Origin: Torpedo marmorata
Lineage: Eukaryota
Length of the DNA stretch: 64,000 bases
Assembly: GCA_977017645.1 (NCBI GenBank)
Contig: OZ360232.1
Location: forward strand, 26,288,001 to 26,352,000
Reading direction: 5' to 3'
Both the position numbers and the translations under genes were made by a program. Every line of letters starts with the position of its first letter. The first letter of the stretch is position 1. The notes under the pieces are model-generated. The model saw nothing but the letters and a program-made list of their open reading frames with translations. It was not told the origin of the DNA and searched no databases. Shown here piece after piece: positions 1-11,829 of the stretch.

Positions 1-274
1 TGGTAATGCAAAAAAAAAAAAAGAGCTGTACACATGTAAACAAATAAAGAAATGTGAACAAACTGACTGTGCAATACAGAGAGGAAAAAAAACAATAAAG
101 GGCAAAAGAAAGAGTCCTTAAATGAGTCCCTCATTGAGTTTGTTGTTGAGGAGTCTGATGGTGGAGGGATAGCAGCTGTTCCTGAACCTGGTGGTACGGG
201 TCTTGTGGCACCTGTACCTCTTTCCTGATGGTAGCAGTGAGAACAGAGCGTGTGCTGGGTGGTGTGGTGCCTTG
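1..274 (-). mobile_element. Rex1/Babar LINE 3' end fragment (runs off window start)
   Basis: Reverse complement matches the ORF end and 3'UTR of the Rex1 copy at 9467-10090 (HPAHALFSLLPSGKRYRC...FYPSTIRLLN-type sequence). Confidence 0.85.
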
Positions 275-679
275 CGGATGATACAACAGCAGTTGGCCTC
301 ATTGGCAACAATGGTGAGTTAGCTTACAGAGAGGAGATGAGCGGCTTGTAAAATGGTGCGAGAACAACAACCTGAATCTCAATGTGGACAAGACAAAAGA
401 AATTATTATGGACTTCAGGAGGACGATCGTCGACCATCCTCCATTACACATAAATTATTCTGTCATGGAGAGAGTAGAAAGCATGAAGTTCCTTGGTGTG
501 CATGTAAAGGACGACCTAAACTGGACCCACAACACCTCCTCATTATTCAGAAAGGTGCAGCAGCGTCTACACTTCCCAAGGAGGCTGAGGAGGGCAAAGC
601 TACCGGCCCCGATCTTGACAACCTTTTACAGGAGGAAAATTGAGAGTATCCGGTCTGGCTGCACCATTGTATGGTATGG
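275..679 (+). mobile_element. Rex1/Babar LINE, 5' part of an element interrupted by a nested Rex1
   Basis: Begins at ADDTT; ORF 384-725 gives KTKEIIMDFRR...FLGVH...CTIVWYG. The frame resumes at 2301. Confidence 0.85.
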
Positions 680-2300
680 TAGAAGAGAGTTCCATGTCCC
701 CATGATTAATGGGCCCCCTGCATAGCCCCGGCCGAGGTGAGGAGAACCCTATCCAAGTTGAACCCACACAAGATGGCGGGACCAGACAATAAAACTGGTT
801 GGGTACTGAAGGACTGCACAGACCAACTGACGGTAACGGAGGTCCTTACAGACATCTTAACACGTCATTCCAGCGTCCATCGTCCCCATGGGTTTCAAGA
901 CAGCCACCATCATCCCAGTACCAAAGAGGGGGACAGTAACAGGCCACAATCACTTCAGCCCCATGGCACTAAACTCCACCATTATGAAATGCTTTGAGCG
1001 TCTAGTGATGGAATGCATCAAAGCGCACCTCCCAGAGACACTGGACCCATTTCAATTCACCTACAGATGGAACAGTACCACTGATGATGCTATAGCCTTG
1101 TCCCTCCACTCTGTCCTGACCTACCTGGAGAACGACACCTGATACGCTAGTCTGCTGTTCATCGACTACAGCTTGGCGTTTAGTATGATCATTCCACACA
1201 GGATGGTGGAGAAGCTGTCCTCACTGGGACTCAACACCCCTCTCTGTAACTGGATTCTGGACTTCCTAACAGAAAGACCACCGTCTGTCCGGGTCGGTAG
1301 CAGAACGTTGAGCACCATCACGCTGAGCACTGGCGCACCTCAGGGCTGTGTGCTCAGCTCGCTCCAGTTCACACTACTGACCCACGACTGCAATGCCAGA
1401 AGCAGCTACAACAGAGTCATCAAGTTTGCAGATGACACGACAGTAGTTGGCCTCATCAGCAACAACGATGAGTCACACTACAGAGAAGAGGAGGAAAATC
1501 TCGTGTTATGGTGCAAGAATACCAACCTGAGTCTCAACATGGACAAGACAAAGGAGATGATTGTGGACTTCAGGAGGACTAGGCACGACCACCCCCACTA
1601 CACATCAATAACTCTGTAGTGGAGAGAGTAGAGAGCACCAGGTTCCTTGGAGTCCACTTAAGTAGTGACCTATCCTGGACACACCTCTCCTCATTTGTCA
1701 GGAAGGCGTAACAGCGACTGCACTTCCTGAGAAGACTGAGGAGGGCAAGGCTAATGGCCACCATCCTGCCAACTTGCTTCAGGAGCTCTATTGAGAGCAT
1801 CCTGGCTGGCTGCATCACAGAGTGGTATGGTTGCTGTAGAGCATTGGATCGGAGGTCAATTCACTGGACCATAAGAGCGGCAGAGAGGATCACTGGGGTT
1901 TCCCTCCCCCCCCCCCCCCCCCCATCGACGTGATCTACCGGGATTGTTGCCTGAAGAGGGCTTGCAAAATTGTTAAGGACCCCTCCCACCCCACACACAG
2001 CATCTTCCAATTACTCCCGTCAGGAAAGAGATCCAGAAGTATCAGAGCAAGAACCACCAGACTGAGAAATAGCTTCTTCCCACAGGCAGTGAGACTGCTG
2101 AATGACTGATGAATTGCTTATACAATCGCTCTGCGACTCTACTATTTATTTAACAATTGTTTTTATTTTTATATATGTACTTCATATAACTCGCTTGTAA
2201 ATATGTGTGCAATGTCTATGTATGTGTTTGCAAGACCGAAGAAAGCTGTTTTGCCTAGCTATACTTATACAATTGAATGATAATAATAATAAACTTGAAC
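680..2300 (+). mobile_element. Rex1/Babar LINE, 5'-truncated, degenerate RT, nested insertion
   Basis: ORF pieces [48 protein letters not shown]; ends in aataaacttgaac tail; several stops and frameshifts. Confidence 0.92.
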
Positions 2301-2730
2301 CAGCTGCAAAGCATTGGACAAGAAGTCAATACACAGGCTCATCAAAACGACTGAGAAGATCACTGGGATCTCCCTTTCCTCTATTGACGACATTTACCGG
2401 AGCGTTGCTTAAATAGTGCTCAAACTATTATAGAAGACCTTTCCCATCCAGCACACAGTATCTGACCCACTACCTTCAAGAAAGAGGTACATACAGGTGC
2501 ATCAAAATCAGGACTGCCACGCTGGAAAATAGCTTCTTCCTGCAGGATGTGCAATTGATGAACAGTGTCCTCTAACCAAGTAGCAAGCCATCCCAAAATA
2601 TTTATGTATATTTATTTTAAGTTATATCTTTATGTACATATGTGATTATTATGTACTGTGTGTAGCATGGTCCGAAGAAACACTGTTTCATTGGGTTCTA
2701 AATGTACAGCTAGATGTTAATAAACAAACT
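2301..2730 (+). mobile_element. Rex1/Babar LINE, 3' part of the element begun at 275
   Basis: cagctgcaaagcattggac continues WYG-SCKALDKKSIHRLIKTTEKITG, then HPAH and NSFF motifs and a 3'UTR. Confidence 0.8.
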
Positions 2731-2829
2731 TCCGCAGGTGTCAGTGATAAGAAGGCATTGAAAATAATACTACTGAGACAAGAGCAGAAGAATGCAAGCC
2801 CTTAATTTTCATCTGACATTCTCCTGTAA

Positions 2830-3210
2830 AGTTGTGTATGAACAAATAATGAGAAGCAGGAGGGACTGAGCAGGATAGGCAACATTCATGGAGAGAAATG
2901 ATCAGTCAACGTTTCAGGTCAGGATCCTTTTCTGAGACTCGGAAGGGAAGGGGAGATGTCAAGCATAAAAAAGAGGAAAAGGGAAGGGTGAAACTGGAAC
3001 AAACACTTAAAATTCTGAGGGGAAATAAAACAAGGAAAATCCATTGCTCTGATCTCCCTCTTGCTAACTGATAGTTTTGAGGGTGGGTTTCGAGAAAGAG
3101 TCCCACCCAGAAATATTGACTGAACATTTCTTTCTTTCTATGGATGCTGCCTGACCTTCTGAGTTCCTCCAGCTTCTATTTATCTGCTCAAGATTTCAGC
3201 ATCTGCATTT
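2830..3210. mobile_element. Old Penelope-like element end in inverted (fold-back) arrangement
   Basis: gatgctgcctgaccttctgagttcctccagc on + near 3143-3173, with a degenerate reverse complement near 2853-2933; same family as 14665, 34167 and 57552. Confidence 0.55.
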
Positions 3211-3469
3211 CTAGCCTTTCAATGGTTGTGAGGCTTCACTGTCAAAGTTGTTCCTCAGTAGTGAGCTGTTCATCAGTTCCCCATGTCTAAGGCTCTTTAT
3301 TTAAGATATTATGAAGACAGATGATTAGCTTATTTTCAGGGTCATTACAGTAGCAGAAAGTGTTTAACTTTAAAGGAAACACTTCATTAATTGACAAAAG
3401 CTGAACTTGAATGATGAAACTAAATGTACGTGCCACAGTGGAGATAAGGCCTTGGAGAGAGTAGCGGGT

Positions 3470-3900
3470 ATGAAGCACTTGACATGTTAGAAAACTAGTG
3501 AGACTGTGATTTTTCTCCTCACAACAGAGAAGGTTAAGGGGAGATTTAATGGAGTGATTAAAATTTGGTGATGTTTTAGTAGAATAAATAAAGAGAAATT
3601 ATTGGCACTGTGCAAGAGGAGCAGTCCTACAAAAGTTTATGTAACTTAAAACCTGGTGTCATAGGGTCAGGTGTATCCTGCAAGGATAGATGAGGAAAAG
3701 CTGTTGACGCAGTGTTGTTGTGATTTAGAGTATACTGCATGATACTGTGATGGCTGAGTTAATAGTAACCTTCCAAAGGGGATGTACATTGGCAAAATAG
3801 TTTTTGCAGCAAATAAACAAAGGAATGTAGTTAATTGGACAATTTATTCAAAGAGCTGACATGCAACTGATGGACCAAATGCCTCTTTTGTGCTACGCTG
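3470..3900 (+). mobile_element. Old CR1 LINE 3' fragment
   Basis: cagagaaggttaaggggagatttaat (RRLRGDL motif) and a CR1-type 3'UTR ending ggaccaaatgcctcttttgtgct. Confidence 0.55.
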
Positions 3901-4164
3901 TTGGTTGTCCTTGAGTTGTATTTTGAGGTGAATACACAACATACTTTATGTGTGGTGTTATTTGATAGCACTTTTCAAACTGTACTTTTAGCCAGTGTTA
4001 AATGTTGTTACATAAATTTGACACAAATGAACTCTGTTCTCTCATGTCAAGATTATGTTTTTTTAATCGTGTACATGGCCTTGATGAGCAATTTTATTCA
4101 AATTGGACATATTTCACAGGTATTGAATTAACCATGAATTTGACCATGCCCTTCATTCTCTCCA

Positions 4165-5044
4165 ACCTCCTAATCTCTACTCGTTATACACCCATGACTG
4201 TGTGGCCAGGCACAATTCCAATGCCTTCTACAAGTTTGCCGATGACACCTCAGTTGTCGGCAGAATCACAAACGGCAATGAGGAAGCATACTGAAGGGAG
4301 ATAGATCAGCTCATTGAATGGTGTAACGACAACAACCTTGCGTTCAATGTCAGCAAAACCAAGGAGTTGATTGTGGACTTCAGGAGGAAGTCAGGGGAAC
4401 ATGACCCAGTCCTCATCGAGGGCTCAGTAGTGGAGAGGGTCAACATCTCCGAGGATCTGTCCTGGAGCCTCCACATTGATGCAATCACAAAGAAGGCTCG
4501 CCAGCGGCTATACTTTGTGAGGTGTCTGAGGAGATTCAGTATGTCACCGAAGACTCTCGTAAACTTCTACAGGTGTACCGTGGAGAGCATTCTGGCTGGT
4601 TGCATCACTGCCTGGTATGGAGGCGCCAACTCTCAGGACAAGAATAAACACCAGAGAGTTGTTAACTCGGCCTGTGACATCACAGGCACCAGACTTTACG
4701 CCATCGAGAACATCTACATGAGGCGGTGTCTTAAAAAAGCAGCCTCTGTCCTCAAAGACCCCCACTACCCAGGCCATGCCCTCTTCACTCTGCTACCATC
4801 AGGAAAAAGGTACAGGAGCCTAAAGACGAGCACTCAACGGCACAAGGACAGCTTCTTCCCCGCTGCCATCAGATTCCTGAATAATCAATGAACCAAAGAC
4901 ACTGCCTTACTTTTCGTGCACTATTATTTATATTTTTTTATAGTAATGTAAGATGGTTATAATATGAATGTTTGCACTATGATGCTGCCGCAAAACACCG
5001 AATTTCATGACTTGTTCATGACAATAAATTCTGATTCTGATTCT
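4165..5044 (+). mobile_element. Rex1/Babar LINE, 5'-truncated (~0.9 kb)
   Basis: YTHDC and KFADD motifs; ORF 4367-4891 (MIVDFRR...LPSGKRYRS...DSFFPAAIRFLN); 3'UTR ends aataaa plus (ttctga)n. Confidence 0.93.
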
Positions 5045-6267
5045 AAAACAAACCCATCAATAATTTTATATTTTCCCAAACCTTTATAGTTCTTGGCAAA
5101 ATTCATGAGTTTTACTGAATTATACAGACTGCAAAAATATTGCACCGATTCTCTCAGTCTTGAAGAGCTCTAATTCAATAACTGAATGGATTCCATTTGC
5201 TGATTGTATTGTACATCAACATTTATGAATAAATGGCTGACTGGTCAAAGTATAAACCGTATTGTTAGATAAAACAAAAATAGGCCAGGAATAGGTCAAA
5301 ATAATTCATGTGCTATCATAAATTTAACCACACAACCCAGTAAAACAAGTATGGAAAGCATTTGCACGCTTGCCTGAAGTATTTGCCTGAAGTAAATGAA
5401 TGACTTGCCTGAAATGATTTCACTCAGTTTTACTTATCTGGAATAGAAGAATAATCTACTCCCTATTCTGCATCACTAAACAAGGGTGGCATTAAAAGAG
5501 CATGAAAAGCTGTAAAATCACGAACTTCCATTTGTCCTGGTAAATGACTTCATCCCAAAAACATAGCCAAGGATTTTATCCTGTTTATCTTATCTCTAGG
5601 GGGAGGTGAATAACACCTCATAAAAAGTTTTTAAAAAGCAATACAAGATAACGTTGTCACTGGCCTTTGAAGGTAAATCCACAAAAAATTCAGAATACCA
5701 CCTTAATTTTTAATTCATGTTTTCTAAGTATGACTAATTGCATCCTACAGGTAATAAATCTAGGGTCTAACCTCAATTAGAACGACAAAATGCTTTATCA
5801 TTTGCACTTAAATTTATCGCAACTACTTCTGTTCCTTCTATGGCAAAATATTCTTGATGTTCCTCTTTCAGAAAGTTAATTGACATAGCTCTTTTGATGG
5901 GAGTCTGTTCTATTAACCTGCTACCCTGTAGAAAAGTATACTTAATCATTCAAAGCTGTGCTTCAAATGTATAAGGATTTTCTTTCTGGCTTTCGCAATG
6001 CAATTTTGTTATTGACTACAGAAAAGAACATGGAAAAGACCCACAGAGAATTATCTACAAGTTGACCTTCCATTCCAAGGATGTATCTTTCATTTTCCTT
6101 CACTATGTGGCATTCTAGTAAATTAAAGACTTCCTGGTAACTTTTATATGTTGCTCAAAAATATTGATCCAGAAATCCTTCAGTTTCTGCTTTTTTTCTC
6201 CATCTCTTTTCTAAGGTAATGATCATCTCAGTTATAATCCTCTCATTGCTGACCAGCAAAAAAAGAA

Positions 6268-7124
6268 TCGTGGCAATGCCAGAGCTGCAGAAATGGCAGA
6301 GCTGCCGTTGGTGCGAACATGGGAGAGGGGGGAGTGGAGACACAGCCCTCCTTGCATGGTCATACTGCCCAGTCATGGTGCCAAACGGCTCAGTACAGGC
6401 TTTGAACAGCCTGTTAGAGGAGTCGACTGTATTTTTTAAACTTCCTGCAACCACGGACCAGCGAGGGGCTCAGCGGCTGAAGGACCCACACAGGCTGTGG
6501 GCGACTTGCAGTCAAAGGATTCACACCACACAGCTGGAGACCAGCTCATGGGAACCAGGTAATGGAACCGGGATTTTAGAGGATGCTGAGGACAAGAAGA
6601 ACTCTTGAAGGGCCTCAAGCGCTGAAAGCTTACTGATCATATAGGAGGTCTGGATCTGGAGCTCGGGCTGCCAATGGGTTGAACAGTCTGTGAGGCTACA
6701 AAGGCTGTAGGAGCACTGGAGGCAAATCCATGGACACAGTGTTTCTAGTGACTCTCTTTTGCTTGTCTTTCTCTTATTATTGAGGGTATCAGGCAATGCT
6801 CGTGGTGACTCTTTGTTTGCCTTTACGGCAGGCAAAAGTTTAAAAATATCGTGTATACAGTAAAACCCCTTGTATCCGGCACCGAGGGGATTGGTAGATA
6901 CCAGATAAGTGTATTTTCCGGTTGCTTGAGATTGCGTGCTGCGTGATTGGTGAACTAACCGCTGGTGGATGCCAATTTTAAACTTTCGTATTTTTTTACC
7001 TATTTATTTTCAGCGATTTATTTTATACTTGAGGCTGCCGGTTGCTTGAATTCCGGATAACGGGGATTTTACTGTATTACATTTTTTTGTATTATTACAT
7101 GACAATAAAAGGAACTTTGAACTT
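6268..7124 (+). mobile_element. Non-autonomous GC-rich retroelement with Rex1-type 3' tail (older copy), interrupted by a MITE
   Basis: Colinear with the reverse complement of 27714-28550 (shared ctgcccagtc, ctttgaacagcc, ggatctggagct, tggaggc..atcc, ctctcttttgctt blocks); ends gacaataaaaggaactttgaactt. Confidence 0.7.
6858..7074. mobile_element. Tc1/mariner (pogo/Tigger-type) MITE
   Basis: TIRs CAGTAAAACCCCTTGTATCCGG / CCGGATAACGGGGATTTTACTG, TA on both sides; two more copies at 16704 and 38476. Confidence 0.88.
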
Positions 7125-7279
7125 CAAAGTGTGAAAGCAACAGAGATGCATGTGATCCCATTCCCCCAGCTGTTTATTTATTGACTCTACATTTCCTGAG
7201 CCCAAGTGAAAGAGCTGAATTTATAAAGCCTAAGGAGACACCAAAGAATGTAGGTATTAAAATTGACAGTTGGTGATCT

Positions 7280-7380
7280 GGAAACTCTTTTCTTCCCTCC
7301 ACAGATACTGCATGGTCTGCTGAGAGTTTCTATCACGTTCTGTTTTAATTTCAGTTTTACAACATCTGCAGTTATTTTTG
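7280..7380 (+). mobile_element. Old Penelope-like end fragment
   Basis: cacagatactgcatggtctgctgagagtttct...caacatctgcagt resembles the 3' half of the copies at 34167 and 57552. Confidence 0.45.
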
Positions 7381-8223
7381 AGTTTCAGCTTCTGATGTGC
7401 CCAAATTCAGAAGTGATACCCATGAGTGAGAATATAACTTGCTCTGAAAAATCATGATGCAAGTATCCCTACTTTTAAAGCTCATTTTCCTACTTTTAAT
7501 AGGCTGCAGCTGTGCTGTACATTAAAAAAAAATCTGAGATAACTTAAAATACTCACTGTTTCCTGCTGGTGTTTTTTGAATTGAGCTGTTGAATTAATAA
7601 TGAAGAAGACAGTGGAGGAAAGACTTGCAAATTGGCTATTTTTATCTGTAATCTTAATCCAAACTGCGTTTTGACAACATTACTCTTTTTTATCAGGATT
7701 TAGCTGCATTATTGCTGAAGAGAGCAAAATCCAGCAAGCCTAATTAGTGATGCTTAAATATATCATTACTACAGCACAGCAGCTCCTACCCCTGTAATGT
7801 GTTAACCTCAGAGTGAAGTACCGACAGATTGGTTAAAAAAAAATGTTTGATGTACTGACTTTCTTTGTTTCTATGCTGCTTGAGCAGGTTTGCAAGTGTT
7901 CAATCACTTATTGCTGGGTTAATGTATTGCAAGAGGGAGTGGGGATTACAGAAACAATAAATGACTTGTCCCCAATCTGATACCACTTTATTTTTCACTA
8001 TTTTTTTAACCTCTGCATCAGAATGATTTTCCACCTGAAAGGATAAACAGGAGGGATTTTGAGCATCAGGACTTGCCAAAAATATTTTCCAACCCAGCAT
8101 CAGAACGTATGCCAAAACATAACAGGCTCGGCTTCCCCTGTGGTTTCTGCTCCCTTGCACTTGAGAACAGCATCAAAAAGATCCTGAGCCTCTGTGGAAA
8201 ATGTCAGAAAAGAATCACTAATG

Positions 8224-8467
8224 TGTTGCGCGATCAATGACCACTCACAGACACGAAGAAAGTGATCAAAGGCTTTATTGATCAGAAAGTTCGAGCATGC
8301 CTCTACATGCTACTGGCTCACTTCCAAGGCAGGTATAGGGGAGGAGACTAGGGCTCTCAGCCTTTATTAGGGGATGTAATGGAGAGGGGCTACAGGTTAG
8401 CCCGATGAGCCAGTGAGGACATGTCCAGACATGCCCGGACATACCCGCAGTACCGCGTTCCACCACA
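8224..8467 (-). mobile_element. Solo LTR of a Gypsy family related to the 45540 provirus
   Basis: Minus strand TGTGGTGG...AATAAAGCC...TTGATCGCGCAACA parallels TGTGGTAA...AATAAAAGCC...TTGATGGTGCATCA; 244 bp, TG..CA ends; flanks taatg/aaatc match only partly. Confidence 0.75.
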
Positions 8468-9466
8468 AAATCAATTTTGCAATTTAAATATCTTTCTCCC
8501 ACTTTGTTGACACACCTCCTTGCTTCTGTCTTCACTTTTAGTGAACAAGGCATTGACAGCCAGGACTATTTTTGGGTTATACCCAGACATTCGACTGGCT
8601 GCATAAACAACCTTTTCAATTAGATGGTAAGCCACTAATATGCTTTTCAGCCTGCTGTTAAGTGGAAAGGAGTGTTCACTCTCTTCTACTTTGAGGAATA
8701 AGTTAATCTAATAAATGCAAACTTATCTGTCACATTAATGCCAGTTAAGAAAAGATATTTCAGTTATTCTTCTTATAAATGTCAAACAGGGAGAGCTTTC
8801 AGTGATATGAGTGCTGCAATTGTTATGGAGCATTTCTACTCCAGCTGTTACATTTGACAAATCATTTTAGAGTTTTTATTTGACAGACTGCCACATTTAA
8901 CAGAAACCACATTAGACAACCCAGTTTCTCCCACAAAATTCCTTTTCTTTTCTGAACATCGATATTATCTTTTCTGTCACATATTCACCAAAGGCAGTTT
9001 GCATTCACAAGGTGTAATTTTGTTTCTTCTGAAACTCCCACCCATTTCAATAAAAGCTTTTTGAGGAAAAGTATCAAATTCTAAACCTTTATAAGTTTGT
9101 TTTAGTCTTTTGGCTGTGCACTTAACTAGATGCTGTTTAGGTTCACATCACAAATGCGAATGTAATAAGTAATGGAAGACTACCAGATATATTTCAAGAA
9201 GATAAACTATCCAATATATTATATGTAAATAGTGCTTGATAAAAGCATTTAACTGTGAAACAAGGGCAAGTCAGTATCTGAAATTCAATTATCTGCTTTC
9301 ATTACCAGATAGAATACAAGGTTAATCCAGGTTGATCCTATTGAATAAGTGTGTTCACAGTGGAGCGGCTAGTAGAGCTTTTACCTCATCGCACCAGAGA
9401 GATGATTTCACCCTAACCAAAGGATGACTGGAAATAGGCAGTTGAAGGTTAGTGCGGTGTCTATGG

Positions 9467-10090
9467 GCCAGAGCGCCTCTACTTCCTCAGGAGTTTGCGG
9501 AGGTTTGGTATGACTTCGGAAACCCTGGCAAATCTCTACAGATGTGTGGTGGAAAGTGTGCTGACCTGCTGTATCATGGTCTGGTATGGGGACACCAATA
9601 CACCTGAGCGTTAAGCCCTGCAAAAGGTAGGGAACACAGCCCAGTACATCACAGGTAAATCCCTCCCCACCATCGAGAACATCTACAGGGAACGCTGCCA
9701 TTGGAGAGCAGCAGCAATCATCAAGGATCTACATCACCCAGCACATGCTCTGTTCTTGCTGCTACCATCAGAAAAGAGGTATAGGTGCCACAGGTTTCAC
9801 ACCACCAGGCTCAGGAACAGCTTCTACCCCTCCACCATCAGACTCCTCAACAACAAATTCAATCAGGGACTTATTTAGGGGCTCTGACTTTGCACTTTAT
9901 TGATTTTTTTTTCTATCTCTGTATTGCAGTCAGTTTGTTTACATTTCTTTATTTGTTTACATGTGAACATTGAGTCAGTTTTTTTTTGCATTGCCAATAA
10001 GTGGTAATTCTGCCTTGCCCGCAGAAAAAAGAATCTTAGGGTAGTATGTGATGTCATGTATGTACTCAGACAATAAATCTGAAATTTGAA
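9467..10090 (+). mobile_element. Rex1/Babar LINE 3' fragment
   Basis: RLYFLRSLRRFG...YRCVVESVLT...NSFYPSTIRLLN; 3'UTR ends caataaatctgaaatttgaa. Confidence 0.9.
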
Positions 10091-10171
10091 AAAAGTGCTT
10101 GCTTCCTTGTGGTATCTTTCTAATAACATTACTTGATCCCTGACTTCCTCATTGAAAGATCATAGTCAGTA

Positions 10172-11118
10172 TGAATCAGAAACATTGTCTCCCCCTCACT
10201 GACAATCAACACAGGCGTACCTCAAGCATGCGTGCTTAACCCACTGCTCTACTCGTTCTACACTTATGACTGTGTAACTATGTACAATTCAAATGCCATC
10301 TACAAATTTGCCGATGACACCACAGCCATTGGCAGAATCACAGAAGGGAATGAGAAGCGTAGGAGGGAGATAGATCAGCTAATTGAGTGGTGTCATAACA
10401 ACAACCTTGCATTCAACGTAAGCAAATCTATGGAGCTGATTGTGGACTCAGGAGGGTGTAAAAATCAGGAGAACACGAACCAGTCCTCATCGAGGGGTCA
10501 GCAGTGGAAAGGGTCAAGAACTTCAAATTCCTGGGTGTCAACATCTCTGAAGATCTATATTGGGGCCTCCATGTCGATCACAAAGAAGGCTCACCAGCGG
10601 CTATACTTCGTGAGGAGTTTGAGGAGATTTGGTATGTCACCAAAGCCACTTGCAAATTTCTACATGGGTACCGTGGAGAGCATTCTGACAGGTTGCATCA
10701 TTGTCTGGTGTGGAGGTGCCAATGCACAGAACAGGAAAAGTCTACGGAGAGTTATGAACTCGGCCAGCGCCATCATGGGTATCAGTCTTCACTCAATCGA
10801 GGACATCTGCAAGAGGCAGTGTCTTAAGAGAGCAGCCACTATCCTCAAAGACCCTCACCGCCCAGGTCATGCCCTCTTTACACTGCTACCATCAGGAAGG
10901 AGGTACAGGAGCCTGAAGACAAACACCCAATGGTACAAAAGCAGTTTCTTCCCCTCTTGCCATCAGATTTCTGAATGGACACTGAACCACAGACACTACC
11001 TCACTTTCTCTTCTTTTGTATTAATTTATTTAATTTGAATATAATTTATAGCATGTGCAATACTGCTGCAAAACAACAAATTTCGTGACGTGTTCATGAC
11101 AATAAATTCTGATTCTGA
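10172..11118 (+). mobile_element. Rex1/Babar LINE, 5'-truncated
   Basis: ORF 10232-11038 has YKFADDTT...QRLYFVRSLRRFG...LPSGRRYRS; ends aataaattctgattctga. Confidence 0.93.
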
Positions 11119-11204
11119 CACACCTATCATTCTGGATTAGCTATATTGGACTCGATTGTTCTGTGTCAAACTTATCACTGAGCCTCACTGCCTACCCAAA
11201 CTTT

Positions 11205-11463
11205 ATATTTTTTCAATTTAGAGTGACAGCATGGTAACAGACCCTTTCGTCCTACAAGCCCACACCTCCCAATTACACCCACATGACCAATCAACCTACC
11301 AACTCCGTACATCCATGGAATGTGGGAGGAAACTGGAGCACCTGGAGGAAAGACACGTGGACATGGGAAGAACGTACAAACTCCTTACAGGCAGTGTTGC
11401 ATCCGAACCTGGCTCGCTGGCGCTGAAATAGATGCATTAATCACCACATGAACCGTGCTGCCC
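11205..11463 (-). mobile_element. tRNA-derived V-SINE (HE1-like)
   Basis: Minus strand starts gggcagcacggtt, has a B-box-like ggttcggatgc and the V-domain ggagtttgtacgttcttcccatgtccacgtgtctttcctccaggtgctccagtttcctccca. Confidence 0.8.
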
Positions 11464-11829
11464 AACATTTCTCCTTGATACAGAGGGGCAAATGTGCCTA
11501 TACCCTGCACCTGAACATTGAAGCACGGTGGACCAAGCATCAAGTGGGCCTCACCAGCTCTCCAATCCAAGATATGAATTGGAGTATCTATTTTCTCTAT
11601 AGCCACTTTGAATACTCAAGAATATGGAGTCCTCAGCAAATATCACCAACTTCTTCAGCACTTCTTTTAACTAATACCAATTTCCTCCAGTTCCTCATTC
11701 TTGCTTGGCATTTTGTGCCTCTGCCAGTTTTGTGTACCTTTTTCTGTTAAGCCAATCACAAATCCAATTTCCTTTTGACAATGTGCGTTCTCTCCAGTGG
11801 CCCATCACAATCAATTTCTCTGCTATTTC

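Noticed and set aside
3572-3612. Possible V(D)J RSS (tgttttagt ... cactgtg)
   Set aside because: The spacer is 25 bp, it lies inside a CR1 remnant, and no V/J segment is adjacent. The other CACAGTG heptamers I checked lack a properly spaced nonamer.
7551-7650. Possible minus-strand exon (acag ... gtgagta)
   Set aside because: Weak polypyrimidine tract, translations not recognisable, no partner exons.
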